From a virus: a stretch of 64,000 bases of DNA. Of this stretch, positions 63,268 to 64,000 are shown one piece after another (position 1 is the first letter of the stretch; each line of letters opens with the position of its first letter). Location: positions 16 through 64,015 of the IMG/VR virus record IMGVR_UViG_2928929829_000001; one strand, written 5' to 3'. The position numbers and the translations under genes are program-made. The notes below the pieces were generated by a model. It saw only the letters and a program-made list of their open reading frames with translations. It did no database searches and was not told the DNA's origin.

Positions 63268-63322
63268 ACCCCGTAAACGGGCAGGTCTACGGGGTCATTA
63301 TATCAATATAAAACCCTTTAAA
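63268..63322 (+). promoter_or_regulatory. GGGCAGG-loop hairpin plus box, copy 5
   Basis: ACCCCGTA-AACGGGCAGGTC-TACGGGGT; AAACCCTTTAAA at 63311-63322. Confidence 0.75.
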
Positions 63323-63361
63323 AATCTTATATTAGGGCAAATTTACTAAAATTAAATCAAA

Positions 63362-63577
63362 ATGACACTACAATCCCACTTCGCAAAATATATTCGTGAC
63401 AGACGCTTAGAATTAAAAATGACAATTGATGAAGTTTCTATTTTAGCCTATGGGGATATCTCTAGAAAATCGATGATTTCAAATATAGAAAATGAAAAAA
63501 GAAGCGTTAAGATTGACACTATGGAAAAGATTTTGACAGCTTTAAATTCACGTTGCGAATTTATCCAAAACAAATAG
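63362..63577 (+). CDS. XRE/Cro-family HTH regulator
   Basis: 'IRDRRLELKMTIDEVS...KSMISNIENEKRSVKIDTMEKILTALN'. Confidence 0.9.
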   Translation: MTLQSHFAKYIRDRRLELKMTIDEVSILAYGDISRKSMISNIENEKRSVKIDTMEKILTALNSRCEFIQNK

Positions 63578-63590
63578 AAAAGGAATTAAA

Positions 63591-63998
63591 TCAAATTCCT
63601 TTTCTATCTAAAACTTCCTGTAAAAGCTTTTCAATATTATCCATTTTGTGTAACAATCTATTTTGAGATTTAAACAACAACTCTAATTTCGAATTTAATC
63701 CCTCGAGGTTAGACACCTCCCCAAACATATTTTTTTGAGACTGAGCAATGGCAGGAGGTACAATCACAGGTAATTCTCCGTAAGCAAGAAATAGATAACT
63801 AACCGCAGGGTATATTTTAATTATCTTCTTAATCATCTGCTCAGTTATTTTGTTCCGCCCTTTCAATACAAAATAGATGCTCATCTGATTTTTATAACCT
63901 AAATCATTAGCTAAACTACTTGCATTTGTTTCTAATGTATTTAAAAGTAATTGCATTCTTTCCGGATGACTAACAATAATGCTTTTTTCTTCCTCCAT
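63591..63998 (-). CDS. Repressor-like HTH protein (Bacteroidetes CI-type N-domain, no S24 peptidase seen)
   Basis: 'ERMQLLLNTL..NASSLANDLG...SIYFVLKGRNKIT...YPAVSYLFLAYGE' plus a C-terminal leucine zipper. Confidence 0.75.
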   Translation of the reverse strand: MEEEKSIIVSHPERMQLLLNTLETNASSLANDLGYKNQMSIYFVLKGRNKITEQMIKKIIKIYPAVSYLFLAYGELPVIVPPAIAQSQKNMFGEVSNLEGLNSKLELLFKSQNRLLHKMDNIEKLLQEVLDRKGI

Positions 63999-64000
63999 GT

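Noticed and set aside
1-64000. CRISPR array, IS/transposase, integrase, diversity-generating retroelement, invertible cassette
   Set aside because: No regularly spaced repeats, no DDE/tyrosine/serine recombinase motifs and no reverse transcriptase seen.

Overview
AT-rich window holding most of one tailed-phage (or prophage) genome of a Flavobacterium-like Bacteroidetes host. Host assignment rests on TAnnTTTG promoters, a host-type NdpA gene, and DUF3127, DUF6291 and PcfK/PcfJ families. No flanking host genes or integrase are visible. Layout: (i) plus-strand recombination/replication/modification operon, 1-16.0 kb (RecT-like SSAP, YqaJ-like exonuclease, DUF3127 SSB, DUF6291 initiator with iterons, C5-methyltransferase, two 2OG-Fe(II) oxygenases, NdpA, Hc1-like protein). 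(ii) Minus-strand podovirus morphogenesis block with crAss-type gene sizes and order, 16.9-52.1 kb (2548-aa ejection protein, two smaller ejection proteins, muzzle/ring proteins, MCP, scaffold, portal, terminase, lysis cassette, fibres). (iii) Minus-strand accessory/RNA cluster, 53.4-57.7 kb (GroES, amber-interrupted Tad2-like gene, RusA, tRNA-Asn, a 201-nt tRNA-like RNA, HNH and UDG-like morons). (iv) Plus-strand early 'leading-region' cluster, 58.9-63.6 kb, converging on a repressor-like gene at the right edge. Most striking observations: a 101-aa gene overprinted in the +1 frame inside the giant ejection protein and ending 2 nt before an in-frame ATG that opens a Ser/Thr kinase domain (candidate nested immunity/antitoxin plus virion-delivered kinase); a family of covarying hairpins with a GGGCAGG loop followed by AAACCCTTTAAA upstream of early genes; and a 27-bp tripartite operator at seven promoters. 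All family assignments come from motifs recognised by eye and recalled knowledge; no searches were run.
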